Positions 35,886 to 47,542 of a stretch of 64,000 nucleotides of DNA are shown piece by piece. The DNA is from Glycera tridactyla (Eukaryota). The DNA is taken from NCBI GenBank assembly GCA_965644265.1, contig OZ286460.1, positions 92,442,001-92,506,000 of the forward strand, in the 5' to 3' direction. Each line of letters begins with the position of its first letter. Position 1 is the first letter of the stretch. The translations under genes were made by a program, and so were the position numbers. The notes under the pieces were generated by a model. The model saw nothing but the letters and a program-made list of their open reading frames with translations. It was not told where the DNA came from and made no database searches.

Positions 35886-37417
35886 ACCCTGGGGATTATG
35901 TATGACATGTATCCGTGAACAATGAAAGCTAGATGTTTTATCCCCTGCAGGCATCACTCTCACAGACCCAGAACATGAGATTATGTGAAAACTGAAATAA
36001 TGTCAAGTGGATCTAGCTAACAGTTCAGACAAAACTCTCCTCTCTCACATGAACATACTAAACCCGATGATGGCTTATCTAGTTATGTGATTTGCTGATA
36101 GCTAGCACTCAGCCTGATAGCAAAGCTTTCGTTTTTTAGCAAGATGCATCACTCAAAAAGGAAAATGTTCGTGGAGTTGTAGTTGAAGTTGAAATGCAAT
36201 GGCTGAGTGCCCAATACATACCATCCCTGCCTGTAGTCAGTATTATGCCCTAACCCATGCTCACCTGGGTGAAACGGAGTGGCGGAGCATGAAAGTTCAC
36301 CCAAAATTGTCTCCAGTGTTAGAAGCATGGATGGGTAAAGTGATGCAGGGGCCCAGTGTGGAAAAATCACTATAAAAGTAAGTTTCATGTGCTATTGGCC
36401 AGACTCACTGTGTATAGACCATCACCGGATTGTTTCTAGAGGTGGGGAACATTTTTTGCATAATTTATGTGAGTAACTATTTTTAGAAAGGGCATCCCAT
36501 TCCTTGAAGAAAATTGATAATAATGGGTAGTTGAACATTTGTAAGCCGTTAAATCCGCAAAGAAATATCATCATATGATGAAAGATCATTTTCAAATCGT
36601 GCTAAAAACATAGTTATTGATACAAGATATGTGTTTCTGAAGCAGATGGGGATGGATTTTATATCCAATACGATGATTCAAATCCTGCCATTTCACTTTC
36701 TTATCATGTTCAGTCCCTGTGTTCTTCCATCTCCATCATATATAACCTGCTGACCGGGCAATAAATGACTGATGTTTTTGCTGATAAGTCTTCATGTGGA
36801 CATGTAATGATTTTGTGACTGGTTAGACTATCATGCAGGTGACAAGCGGCCAGACAATAGGTTATAGTCTTCTTCAGTCGAGCATGGCGTGAGCAGCAGT
36901 GTGTCGCTCATTTATACAAGGTTATCATCCCCCATGTCAGTCCAAGTAGGGCGTTTCGAAACTGCAACAACGCTGTCAGTGTTGATCAAGATGCCGATTA
37001 GCCTCAAGTGATCATTTGTTGCAGGTAATCGCCACAATTTAGGCTGGTTGCATTGGATAGATGGTCGACTGTCAGAGGTTGTTTTAGAAGTATTAGGTTT
37101 TTGGAGAAGAAAAAACGATCATTCAAAAGAGGTGGTCTCTCATCAGGGGTCACTTGTGACAGGTCTCATGGTATAATAATGAGCTGATTAAACATTTGTA
37201 TTCAGATAGACATGTGAAAATGCATGTGAATCGCGAACATCATTCATATGGAGATGAGCATGTGTTCTTTGCTGACATAAGATAGATGGCTGAGTACACA
37301 TGGATTTCGCCAACAATGTCAGGTCAGGTTTTTGAAAAATTCACAGCATCACAAGAAGACTATTATCATCATTGTCATCACCTGAAATCATTAGAAATCT
37401 GAGCTATTCGTCAATTA

Positions 37418-37594
37418 CAGTAGAACCTGTCCTAAGCAGCCACCCTTCGGGACGGCAAAAAGTGGCTGCTTAGGGCAGGTGGCTGCTTAGAGCAGGTCAA
37501 TTATAGTGAGAAAACCTCAGATGGGAAATTCAAAAGTGGCTGCTTAGGGCAGGTGGCTGCTTAGTACAGTGGCTGCCTAGGACAGGTTAGACTG
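37418..37594 (+). mobile_element. 177-bp subfamily-C MITE (cagccacc/ggtggctg variant)
   Basis: TA-cagtagaacctgtcctaagcagccac ... ggacaggttagactg-TA. Confidence 0.9.
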
Positions 37595-40500
37595 TATCTT
37601 TATTGGGTGAAGATGAATGGGGTGAATATGTATGTACAGAAGGGTATGGAGGGGTCGGTCTCAAATAGGGGTGAGATTGGTGGGTCAGAGGGATGAGAAT
37701 TAGGTCAGGATCAGGGTGATAGGATAGTTGACTGATTGAAAGGAGAAGGAAGAATAGGAAGAAAACTTCAGGGACAGGCAATTGTGATGAATGGGTGGTG
37801 ACTGTATTTACGTCAGTACGATAGCATAAAGTTTCAGACATTGAAGTCTTCAGCATTGTGAGTGCTGAAGGAAGGACATATGGGACCGCTCTTTCTTTCC
37901 GAGCACTTTGACATAGTTTCGCGAGAGAATGCTTACTGGCATAGTCTCGAATGGAGATCCATCATGATGCCAATATTTTAATGGATTTAACTGGTGCCTA
38001 GTTGAGTGGTGAGGACACTGTGTGTCCGGAGAGAGCCTCCTCATCCAATATTACCCTACATTCTCCTCATGATGAAGTCCATCTGTCAGAAAATGTGACA
38101 GGTTCGCAAGAGATGCCATGTTGCAAACTCATCTTCTTTCATAGTTTTGTGTGAAGGATGCAGACCTGCGGGTTCTTTTGACCTATAGCAACTGTGATCA
38201 TTCACTTTCTGCATTAGCACTGACCATTAGCCAGCTAGCCAGAGACTAATAGCCTTCTGATCTGACTAATAGGATTGGCAAAAGTTAAGCTAGAAACTAT
38301 GCTGGAGATGCAGTTTTCCACAAGGTCAGCGTCTGCGTCCAAGGCTTTCTTAAGTCCATATGTTGAAGTCAAGTGGGCCAAGTCCCTTTGCTCAGCAACT
38401 CTATACAGTGAAACCTGTCGCCATGCTTTTTATGACATATTATATCTACTAGGCCAGTCCCGTGCCATGCACGGGTGAATCATGGTATTTTCCCAGGAGG
38501 TGATGAACCATGTGTATATTGTCAAACCTGTCTGAGAGACCACCTTTGTACAAAGGTTACCTGCTTACAGATGCCAGCTTCAGATTGTTGGGCCCGAGCT
38601 CCGGGCCCCTTTTTTTGCCTTTTCTGCTCATTGATTTATTGCCTATCATGAGTACTCTGGCCAAGCTTTCTGTCCCTGTCAACCATTGTCAAATTGGAGA
38701 TGGCTCATTATTATTTTGAATAATGACCCACTGTATCTCTAATCCATGTGCCAAATGGGCACACAATCCTGTCAGAAAATATGGCAGTCAGTGTTGAATA
38801 TGATTGACAGGGAGTGCTACTCATTTCATTGGATGTATCCGCTGCTTTTCATGGCCAAGAAGTTGTGTTTTTAGGATTTTAAGTCTCATCACATTGAGCT
38901 GTGTGCTGAAAATGTAGCTGTGTTTACATGGTGGACTGCGTGTCGCGCGCAGCGCTAAGTGCAGGCGGTGGCCACTCTCCATACTGCCTGGCACTGCGAC
39001 CTCCTCGAGCTTGCGCTGCTGGTGGAAGGAGGGCTTGCATGTGTACCTTTAGTTATTCCCATTCTGACTTGGTATAATACATACAGAAGTAAGCCCTAAT
39101 GTCGGCAACTTGAGCATAATTTTCAATGCAATATGGACCCAGAATAGATTCATATAGAGAACCACCCTCAACTGCTCATTCATCTGGTCCCCCAGCTGCC
39201 CCTCACCATTGTGTGAGATCACTGCTCCATCATTGTACATTCTCACTGCCATATCTCTGATTGATTCTCCTAAAGTTGATGGGTTTTGGCATAATTGAGA
39301 TGCACAGCTTTCTGCTGTGTGACTCGTAAATACGTCTTCTGCGCATGTTGTTTTCACGTTAGTTCCCAATAATTCCACGATGTGGCGCTGTTCGCGTTTT
39401 GGTTGAGCCAATCGCAGTGCCACTTGCACCTAGTGTTATTACTGTGAACTATCGGCAGCTTTGTTTTGGCGGGAATATTTGAATGCTAGTATGGTGAACG
39501 TGTCCGATTGCCAAAGTACCCAGTCAGTGAGTGGGGTTATTATGATAACAGTCAAACCTGCTCAAACCACCTTCCTACAAAACCCACTTTCCTACTAAAA
39601 CCACTTTTTTCATCCAACCAGTTGCACAGATATTGAAAGAGGTTCCTGAAAATTGGAAGTGAAGATCCCTCCATAAGTCAGATCCCCTCATCTCAGAAGT
39701 CGGGGGGGGGGGGGGGAATTCCCCATCTGGGAAAAATTCCTGGAAGCATCTCTGCTTATTTCATAAACTATTCATGACATTGCCTCCATATGATATCTGT
39801 GAATACAACAAGATGAACTCCAGAGCAGATTAGTGTGCTGCTCTGCTTACGTCATTTGCAGCCAAATATTGTGCTCTGATCTGTCGAGTGATTCCAATCA
39901 TTACCAAACAAATTATGTGATATATAATCATATATTGCTTCAACATTATGAATATATATGAATCAAAGGTGTGACAGAGAGGAATGAAGAAACATATCAG
40001 TGAGCCTCAACATACATCACCAGATGGCCAAAGATAATAGATTTGTTCAGATACTGTAGAAATTCTATGTCGGGCTGAAACCGTTGTGTCTAATATCCTG
40101 CAGTCAGTGTGGGGCATCCCTTCACTGGATGCTTGTATATTCCTGTCTCGGAATCGGGTCACTGTGGCCCAGCAATTGGTAAATATGGTTGTCAGGAGAC
40201 TGACATTATTGATCCACAGTTCCATAGTGTGTCTACCGGTGGAATTTTTATGTGATTCGGAGCTCTTGATTCTGTCGTTTTGTTACTGAGTGACTCGTTT
40301 GTCATCATCTGACAACACGCATGGTTGGCGCAAAAGTGGGACCATCAATGGATAAATTGGGGCAGGCTCTAGGGATCATAGATTGTGTATGTATTATGGA
40401 GAGTGGATATGGTATATGTGAGGTGATTCATTTATCGGCAATATTTTTGGATGATGCCCTTTCATTTTTTACCACTCATTTTATCCATGTGGTGACTGAT

Positions 40501-40670
40501 GATCTTTAATGCCCTGTCTTTGATCATGTATTTTTTTGCATTTATTTTTATTTATACCCTGCTTGACTCAGGGTGGATTCATGGGTGCTGATGAGACCTA
40601 TCACAGTGGATAGAGATATCTGGATGGACGCACCCCTCATGCGTCCTCATCTCACTGAAAAGAAATAATA

Positions 40671-40846
40671 CAGTTGAACCTGCTCTAAAGACCACCTCTC
40701 TATAAAGACCACCTCTCTATAAAGACCACCCTGGCTGTGACCGTGGTAGTATTTTCAACAGTAAATGATCTCTCCATAAAGACCACCTGTCTGTAAGGCC
40801 ACTTTTTGATGCGACCGAAGGCGGTCTTTATAGACAGGTCCGACTG
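40671..40846 (+). mobile_element. 176-bp subfamily-B MITE
   Basis: TA-cagttgaacctg ... caggtccgactg-TA; aaagaccacc repeated at 17-bp spacing. Confidence 0.9.
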
Positions 40847-43800
40847 TATGTGGCAGTCATATTAGCCCCATTGTGTCTCCGTCCAGCTTGGCTGGTGTCC
40901 ATGAGATGTATAACAAGCAGCAGCCTTTTATTCTCTCAAGCAAGCCCACCCGTCAGCAACAGCCTGAAAAGTCATCCTTGCTCCAGATCTACCAGTTGTT
41001 GTTGCACAGAAGAATAAATCTTAAGTCACAAAGAACTCATCACTGTGGGTTGATATCTGATGAAATAGATATCAAATATACTTTGTCACAATAGTTTTCT
41101 CATTTAACTGAATTAAATACACCCCCGACAAGAGACACCTGTTTGGGAAATCAATTTTGAGTGACATTTTTCCCATTGAAATTTTCACTGCAGGTGTCAT
41201 TTCTAAGATTCTCCTGGTTAGAGCTAAAATGATCAAAGGATGATTGACACTCATGGCCATGATTCCCCAACCTCAGGATATCTATCATTTATGTTCCATC
41301 CTTTGAAGGTTTCCAAGGAATGATATGAAGAATGAAGGTCATCTCGTACATGGACATCTCATCATGGGGAACAGATTGGAACAGTTCAGAAATTTGACAA
41401 GGAGAATGAGATTGGGATTACTCAAACCTCAATTATATACCAGAATAATGAGAGTAAATTGAGAAGCCTAAATCTTCAGTCAGTGTCACTGCAATACTTT
41501 GACCCAGACTGAATTCAACAACAAGAAGTGAGACACCGCTGTTTTTGTTGAAGGGATTGACTAAATAGTCAATGCTTTCAACAGCAATACTCATCAGAAT
41601 AAATAGATAGCTTGCTGTTCGGTGCCTGAGCATTCTGGCTATATTGACTGTTCATTTTTGAAAGGCACATTGGAAATGTTCAAAAGGTTGAAATCACAGA
41701 AGATTGTAATCACTGAAATGCAATACTGTCACATGTATAAATATTTTCTATTTATAGTCCTGGGACTCTGGGCAGTGAAGCACTGCCCCAGTGCATTCTC
41801 TATGAAGACAAGTACATGTTGTCATACTTTGAGTAGGTATACTACATCATTGGTCGTTGGTCACTCAAAGGATACTTGTCAACACAGGGATGCTCTTTAT
41901 TGATTGATTGATTTATTTATTAATTCATTATATGGTTACAGCACACACAAATCTTTAAGATGATCCAAGATCAGGTGCTGCCCTGTGCTGGAAATCATGC
42001 ATTTGTGATTTAGTTCACATGCTAGGGGTATAGTTAGGGGTATAGTTTCTCACAAATAACATCTACAGTTGAACATGAAAGAGTGGTTGCTGTATACAGG
42101 TGGTTGTATGATACAGGAAGCTAACATCCATTCAGCACGACAGCAGGCAAGAAACTGAATTCTCGTGTCACCGGTAGAGCCCAGGTAACGACTTTTCACC
42201 TTTCAACGCATCTATTGGTAACCAAGTCACCCAATAACATCTCTGCAGAAGACAATTGGCCTCTGACGTCACAGAGACGTCGATGACGTCATAGAGACTC
42301 TTCCTCCTAGTGGTCAAGGGGTCAGTGTCCTGAGTGGCCAGTGAGCCTCTTTTTCATTTGCCAGTGGCTTCTGGCCTGATTTCAGGGCTGAACAGTAGCC
42401 CTGGTGGATCAGTATGTGTTGATTAAGATGCTGTTTCGTCCCTCAAGGGACTCATCAGGTGCAAAGCTGTATGTATAATTTGGTAGAAATTGTCACCCAA
42501 AAGGGGGAGTTCCAGGTCAAAATGAGCCCTTCTGTCAGATGAGTTTTGGCAAAGTCAGACAATTGATTCTGACTGGACCTCATAGGTGGTGGTTTCACTG
42601 GTGAGAAGGATAATGGGAGAGTGTGACAAATGTCTCACTTTCGTGTCTGGGAATGAGTCAAGGTACCTGGTTTATCATGAGGGTGGGGTCCTTGCTTTCA
42701 TATTAGTCCATATTATTTAGGCCTAAAGGGAGAGATGACCGTAGGCGATGAATCCATTCAATTTTGTGTTCATCCCTGAGTTTCTGAGCATAATTTGAGT
42801 CAGGATAGCCCTTAATGAATTTTAGTACACAAACCTCCAATTGGTCCAGACTTGAGTGTCATTTTCACTGGATTAGACTGATTCTACAAAACCATATGTA
42901 TGGAGCCATCTGGAGATGCACTTTCCCCTTGCCCTAAGGGCACACCACTGGATGGAGAAAACATGAGTAAATACAAGAATTGCTGATATGCAGTAAATGA
43001 TTATGACCCACCCTCGCAGAAATACATCACAATAATGTGCTCTACTTTCTCCAAAAATGAGAGCGCTCACAGCGTCATCTCATGCAATGCCATTGTTTTA
43101 TATCCCGAGTATGTTTTCTTTCTATGTAGTACCTGCTGGCATATATAATTATCTCGGCTATGGCATCTCCTCCAACCTTGCAGGTGTTGACCTCTTGTCA
43201 CTGTATCCGATGACAATAGGCATTGCTCACTGGCTGTCAATTGTTCAGCCACTATCAGACTGCAGGGGCCAAGATGAGGATGGTCAGACAGTTTGTAGTA
43301 TCTTAGTCCTGCATTAGTCCATGACCCACTTCAAAATAACCATTAGAGGCTCTTGGTCAGCATGCAATTGCAAACTTTCAGGTACCTACTCTGAAATACT
43401 AGAAACAAGAAATATCTTCAAAAAGAAGACTGGTCGTCGATCGACAGTAGCCAGCCGGTAATCTAAAAGTGGACAAGAAGGAACCAGGTAATCAATCAAT
43501 AAATCACTATGTATCCTCTCTTTTGGCCAAGACTATTCCAGGCGGGGACAGTTCTGACATCAAAGGATCAACGTTTCTTCAAATGATTGGATATTCAGCG
43601 TGTATCAGCGGTGTGAACTAGTGAAGCAGTGGGTCTCTACACGCCATGTTTCGGCTTTCATCAGCGTTGACAGGACTATCAGGAGTGTGCACTTACACGT
43701 TAACAGTAAATAGCAAGCGGCAAGAAAGGAGCGATATACCGGTCAATATGCGCAATATGACTCGGTGTTGTGATGAATTAAATTCCATTTTATCCAGTCA

Positions 43801-45236
43801 TGTACAATCCATGTATAAATCGCGTGAATCCTTCGAATATTTGGCAGAAACCGTGGAAATATCGAGGGGAGTGGCTTCTTCCTCAGTTCCTTGGGCACCA
43901 TGTTTGCTTGTCGGTCTGTTTTTCCCGAATACTGCGTTTACAGTTCCAGCAGCCGGGTGACATGTTCAAAGAGCAAACCGATGGTTCTAATCCCCCATTA
44001 CCTGGCAAATTTTTGGTTTATGATGTAACGAGTAAGGTGAAGGTCAGGCAGATTGGGGCTTCCCCCAAGATGGCACTTTCTTTGACTGCCGAGTGTTGAT
44101 TCTCATTAAATATTTTTCTCTCTCAACGTTCTCATGCAGATAGGCATCTACAATATCAAATTTTAACAGCATTCCACGCAATCGCTTATGTTTTTCACAC
44201 TAATTGCTCATTCTCCAAGCAGTTTTGGTTCAATTCTGATGATTCTATAGCACACCATTTGCAAATGGCTGCCTATATACTGCGTTAGGTGAGCAATGTC
44301 AAATTGCTCCACAAAATAAACAATAGTATTGTCTTTGAAGATGGGAGTCCCAAACTGAAAAAAGTATCGTCTCCAACAGAAAAAGCAGTTGCCCAAAACA
44401 GGTGGTCGTTCATGAGAGGTCTGATCGAGACCGGATTCCCATGTGACATACATGATTAACGCAGCCCACAGATCTATCATTGCATAAATGCTGCAAGTTT
44501 TGTAAAATAATAGTTATCAACTTGAAACAGGCATGCCTCAACTCTATCCACATGATGCACGGTCGTACATAGGGAGGGATATCATCATTATTCATCATTA
44601 ACATGACACATTTCATTGCTTCTATTCGTGTTGGATTCACTGCATGTTGGCTTAGTAGGTAATTAATGGCCCCAGGCAACTCTAGTGGGACAACATCATA
44701 AAATGGATATATGCTTCAATTGTGGAGCTGTGACTATACCGAGACCATCAGGAAAGTCATCTGCAGGAATCCATATATAGCTTTAGTGACAGAAATTTTG
44801 AATGATTGTTCTGTTATTTGCCTTTTCCCTCCCACTCAATCATTCCATTCATGGATAGTCCATAGTTCATCCTGATTATGTGGTCAGCAGGGTGGCAGCC
44901 GTGTCCATAATAAACAAGGATTCAACGTGGCCAGGATGAGCTCTCGGGTATCCATGTATGATTGGCCATTTTGTAGGTTTATCACATATGTATGAATGAC
45001 TAGCCAATTGGCCTATAGTTCATCTTTATTGGAGTGTGGTGAGGAGAAGTGACCAAATATAGAATTGTTATGACCTATCTCATCCCTGACTTCATCACCT
45101 TCCAGCGGTCATTTACGGGATGGATGCTCTCTTTGTGTTACATGAAATCGTTCAAGACATCGGCTGCACTCAACAAAGGGGGAGATTCCTCAAGAAGTTC
45201 ATCAGGCCAGAAGATTGATATAAATACAGAGAGTTC

Positions 45237-45592
45237 TCTTTACATGGCCAATTTTCACTTACTTTCGTGGCCTCAAAGAACCACGTGATGGACTGGGACA
45301 ATATCAGAGGAGTAGACAGGGAGAGTGATAAGTTCCGGAGATGGGTTAGAGAGAGTATCCACATCAAAGTTACTACTCCTAACATGAACAGAGACGAGGG
45401 CGCTTCCTTCCTCTCAAGGATCTGGGACCAAGTCCTCCCTACCGCGGCTGGGAGGAGGGGGGGGGGGGACATCCAATTAGAGATCGTGCCAGGATCGTCG
45501 CACCACCATCTAGCAGCGATCAGTTTTGAAGAAGATGGCCGACAGTCATCGAAACTGTCAACGAAAGAAAGTGGAAATTGGCCATGTAAAGA
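45237..45592 (+). mobile_element. Penelope-like element 3' fragment (GIY-YIG C-terminus) bounded by a 32-bp inverted repeat
   Basis: NHVMDWDNIRGVDRESDKFRRWVRESIHIKVTTPNMNRDEG..LSRIWDQVL is the typical PLE end, followed by a gaagaag...cgaaac motif. 45237-45268 is the inverted copy of 45561-45592 (2 mismatches). Confidence 0.85.
45521..45562 (+). ncRNA. Degenerate minimal type-I hammerhead ribozyme motif in the Penelope 3' end
   Basis: (T)TGAAGA-A-[GATGGC cgaca GTCATC helix II]-GAAAC-T-GTC-AAC, with a 3-bp helix I (GTT/AAC). The canonical C3 is replaced by T. Confidence 0.45.
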
Positions 45593-45661
45593 AGAGGGAG
45601 GGGGGGGGGGATGTTGGTGCTGTGTCACATGACGCAACTTTTGGAACCAGGCCACATGGCT

Positions 45662-45818
45662 GTTGGAGAATCTCCTGGTAGATTGTTGGGAGGGTGTGTC
45701 GGCCCCTGTCTCAGTTCATTGTTGGTCGGTCTTTCATGATGTTGGTTGCTTCCGCCACCCCTCTATGGAACCAATCAGATTTTCTTTTTCAATTCTCTTG
45801 GAGTTGGTTCCAATCTTC
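45662..45818 (-). mobile_element. Second, divergent Penelope-like 3' fragment in the opposite orientation
   Basis: Minus-strand translation DWNQLQEN*KRKSDWFHRGVAEATNIMKDRPTMN*DRGRHTLPTIYQEIL. Confidence 0.75.
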
Positions 45819-47542
45819 AGATCACATGACACAGCAGTAACAACTTTGCATTCGTCCTCATTTGGAAATCTTCTCACTTCTCACTTATGAATTTTTCTCA
45901 CCACAGCGAGAACCCTACCACAACATTCACAAGTTTTCTATCAGACTTCCACTCACGGTTTGGTCTCATGAACTTCAAATTCATTTCCACTTTGTCAGAA
46001 ATCAATATCGATTCCGATAAACATTAGTACCCATACTTGCTATATTTCATTGGAAGATTTTTCCGCAATTCACAAAAGATTTGATGGTTGAAATTAAATT
46101 AGAGTTTCCACTCCTGCTGTGAGGCTGACAAACATAAAGATAAACATAAAGTGCACATTTAAATTCCTGATATGTGGGATGAGCTCAGAAAAAGTCCAGC
46201 CTCATCGTTTCTGGTAATTTCAAATCTCCCTCATCGTACTGAACTCTTACTTCCACACAGGAATTGGAAGACGCCCAATTCAATTCATGGTCAAACCTGC
46301 TTGACGGACCACCTCTATACGTCGACAACCTGCCTACAATGGTGACTCAAGCTGTGACTGAAGAGGTTTTCTGCAGTAAACAAGCTCTCAATAAAGAACA
46401 CTCTCTATAAAGGTCACTTTTGGATTTGACCAAGCAATGTCTTTGTGGACTGATTCATCTGCAAAAACCAAACATGCCCTGGGCAAACACTGCTCAAACC
46501 AATGATGCAATTCTGTGGGAGTCCAAGGCTCATAAACATAGATGGAGACCGGGTTATCAGAATTTCAGCATGATTGAGCATGGGATGCATATAGGCATCA
46601 ACATCACCGTTGTTTGATTCTTGCCGACTCACTGATATCGGTGCGAGTCAGCTTTTATGCATTAAAGTTCGCAAGTATGAACATTTCCTCGCTCCTCAAT
46701 GGCCGTTGAGTGTTACCACATGATGCTTGCTGCTACATTCTTCCTGTTGAATGAAACCTCTTCTGTATGATGAGCATGTTCTTCTATAAGGGCAATGTCA
46801 TCGTGTATATATATGGTTTGGTAGGTCCAATCGAAGTAAGATATTCAATCACTAGGCCTTGTGAACTATCATTCAGATCTTATTTTGCATGAAATTCCAA
46901 GAGGAACACATTAGTCAATTTTCTTCCGTGCTAATGTTATGGAATAGCAATTGAAATTTGACATGTGCTCCAGTCATCAGCTGTTGTTTTTGATCTACGA
47001 CTACATAATGCATGTTAGAAATATAAAGAGTTCAATTCAGTTCAATGAATTTCATCTACTCTCTTAGGTAAATTTAATACAATGTGCAAATAGCCTATTG
47101 GACTTTCTCTAGCACACATGGGAAATCAAAATAAGCATAATCAACAGAAAAATATGTAACACAGCCGTTCACAATCTTTTTCTTAAGTCCTAATGTAGAA
47201 TACTCTTACAGACTTGAGGTTTGTATTAATGTATGGTTTTCTTTCAAATTGCCGCACATATCCAGTATGTGTTTCTCATAACTGACAATTTTTTCTGCCT
47301 TTCAGTTGTGAGAGAGTGGCAGAACATTCCGAAATATGTTGTCACTTTCCTTCTCACAGGTATTATGGCCAATGATATTGCTTTCTGAATCAGGTCTCGA
47401 CACATTCTTACCATGTTCCCTGTGACTTCTGTTGCACACAATGTGGAGCATTTCTAATCTGATGATGTTCTCCAAAACACTTATTTGTGGTGCAGTCTGC
47501 TATCAGAGCTAAACAGCAAAGTGTCTTTTCTACATCACATAT

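Noticed and set aside
39049-39429. 126-aa minus-strand ORF as a host exon
   Set aside because: No recognisable domain or convincing splice sites. Nearby CCAAT/E2F-like motifs could equally be TE-derived.
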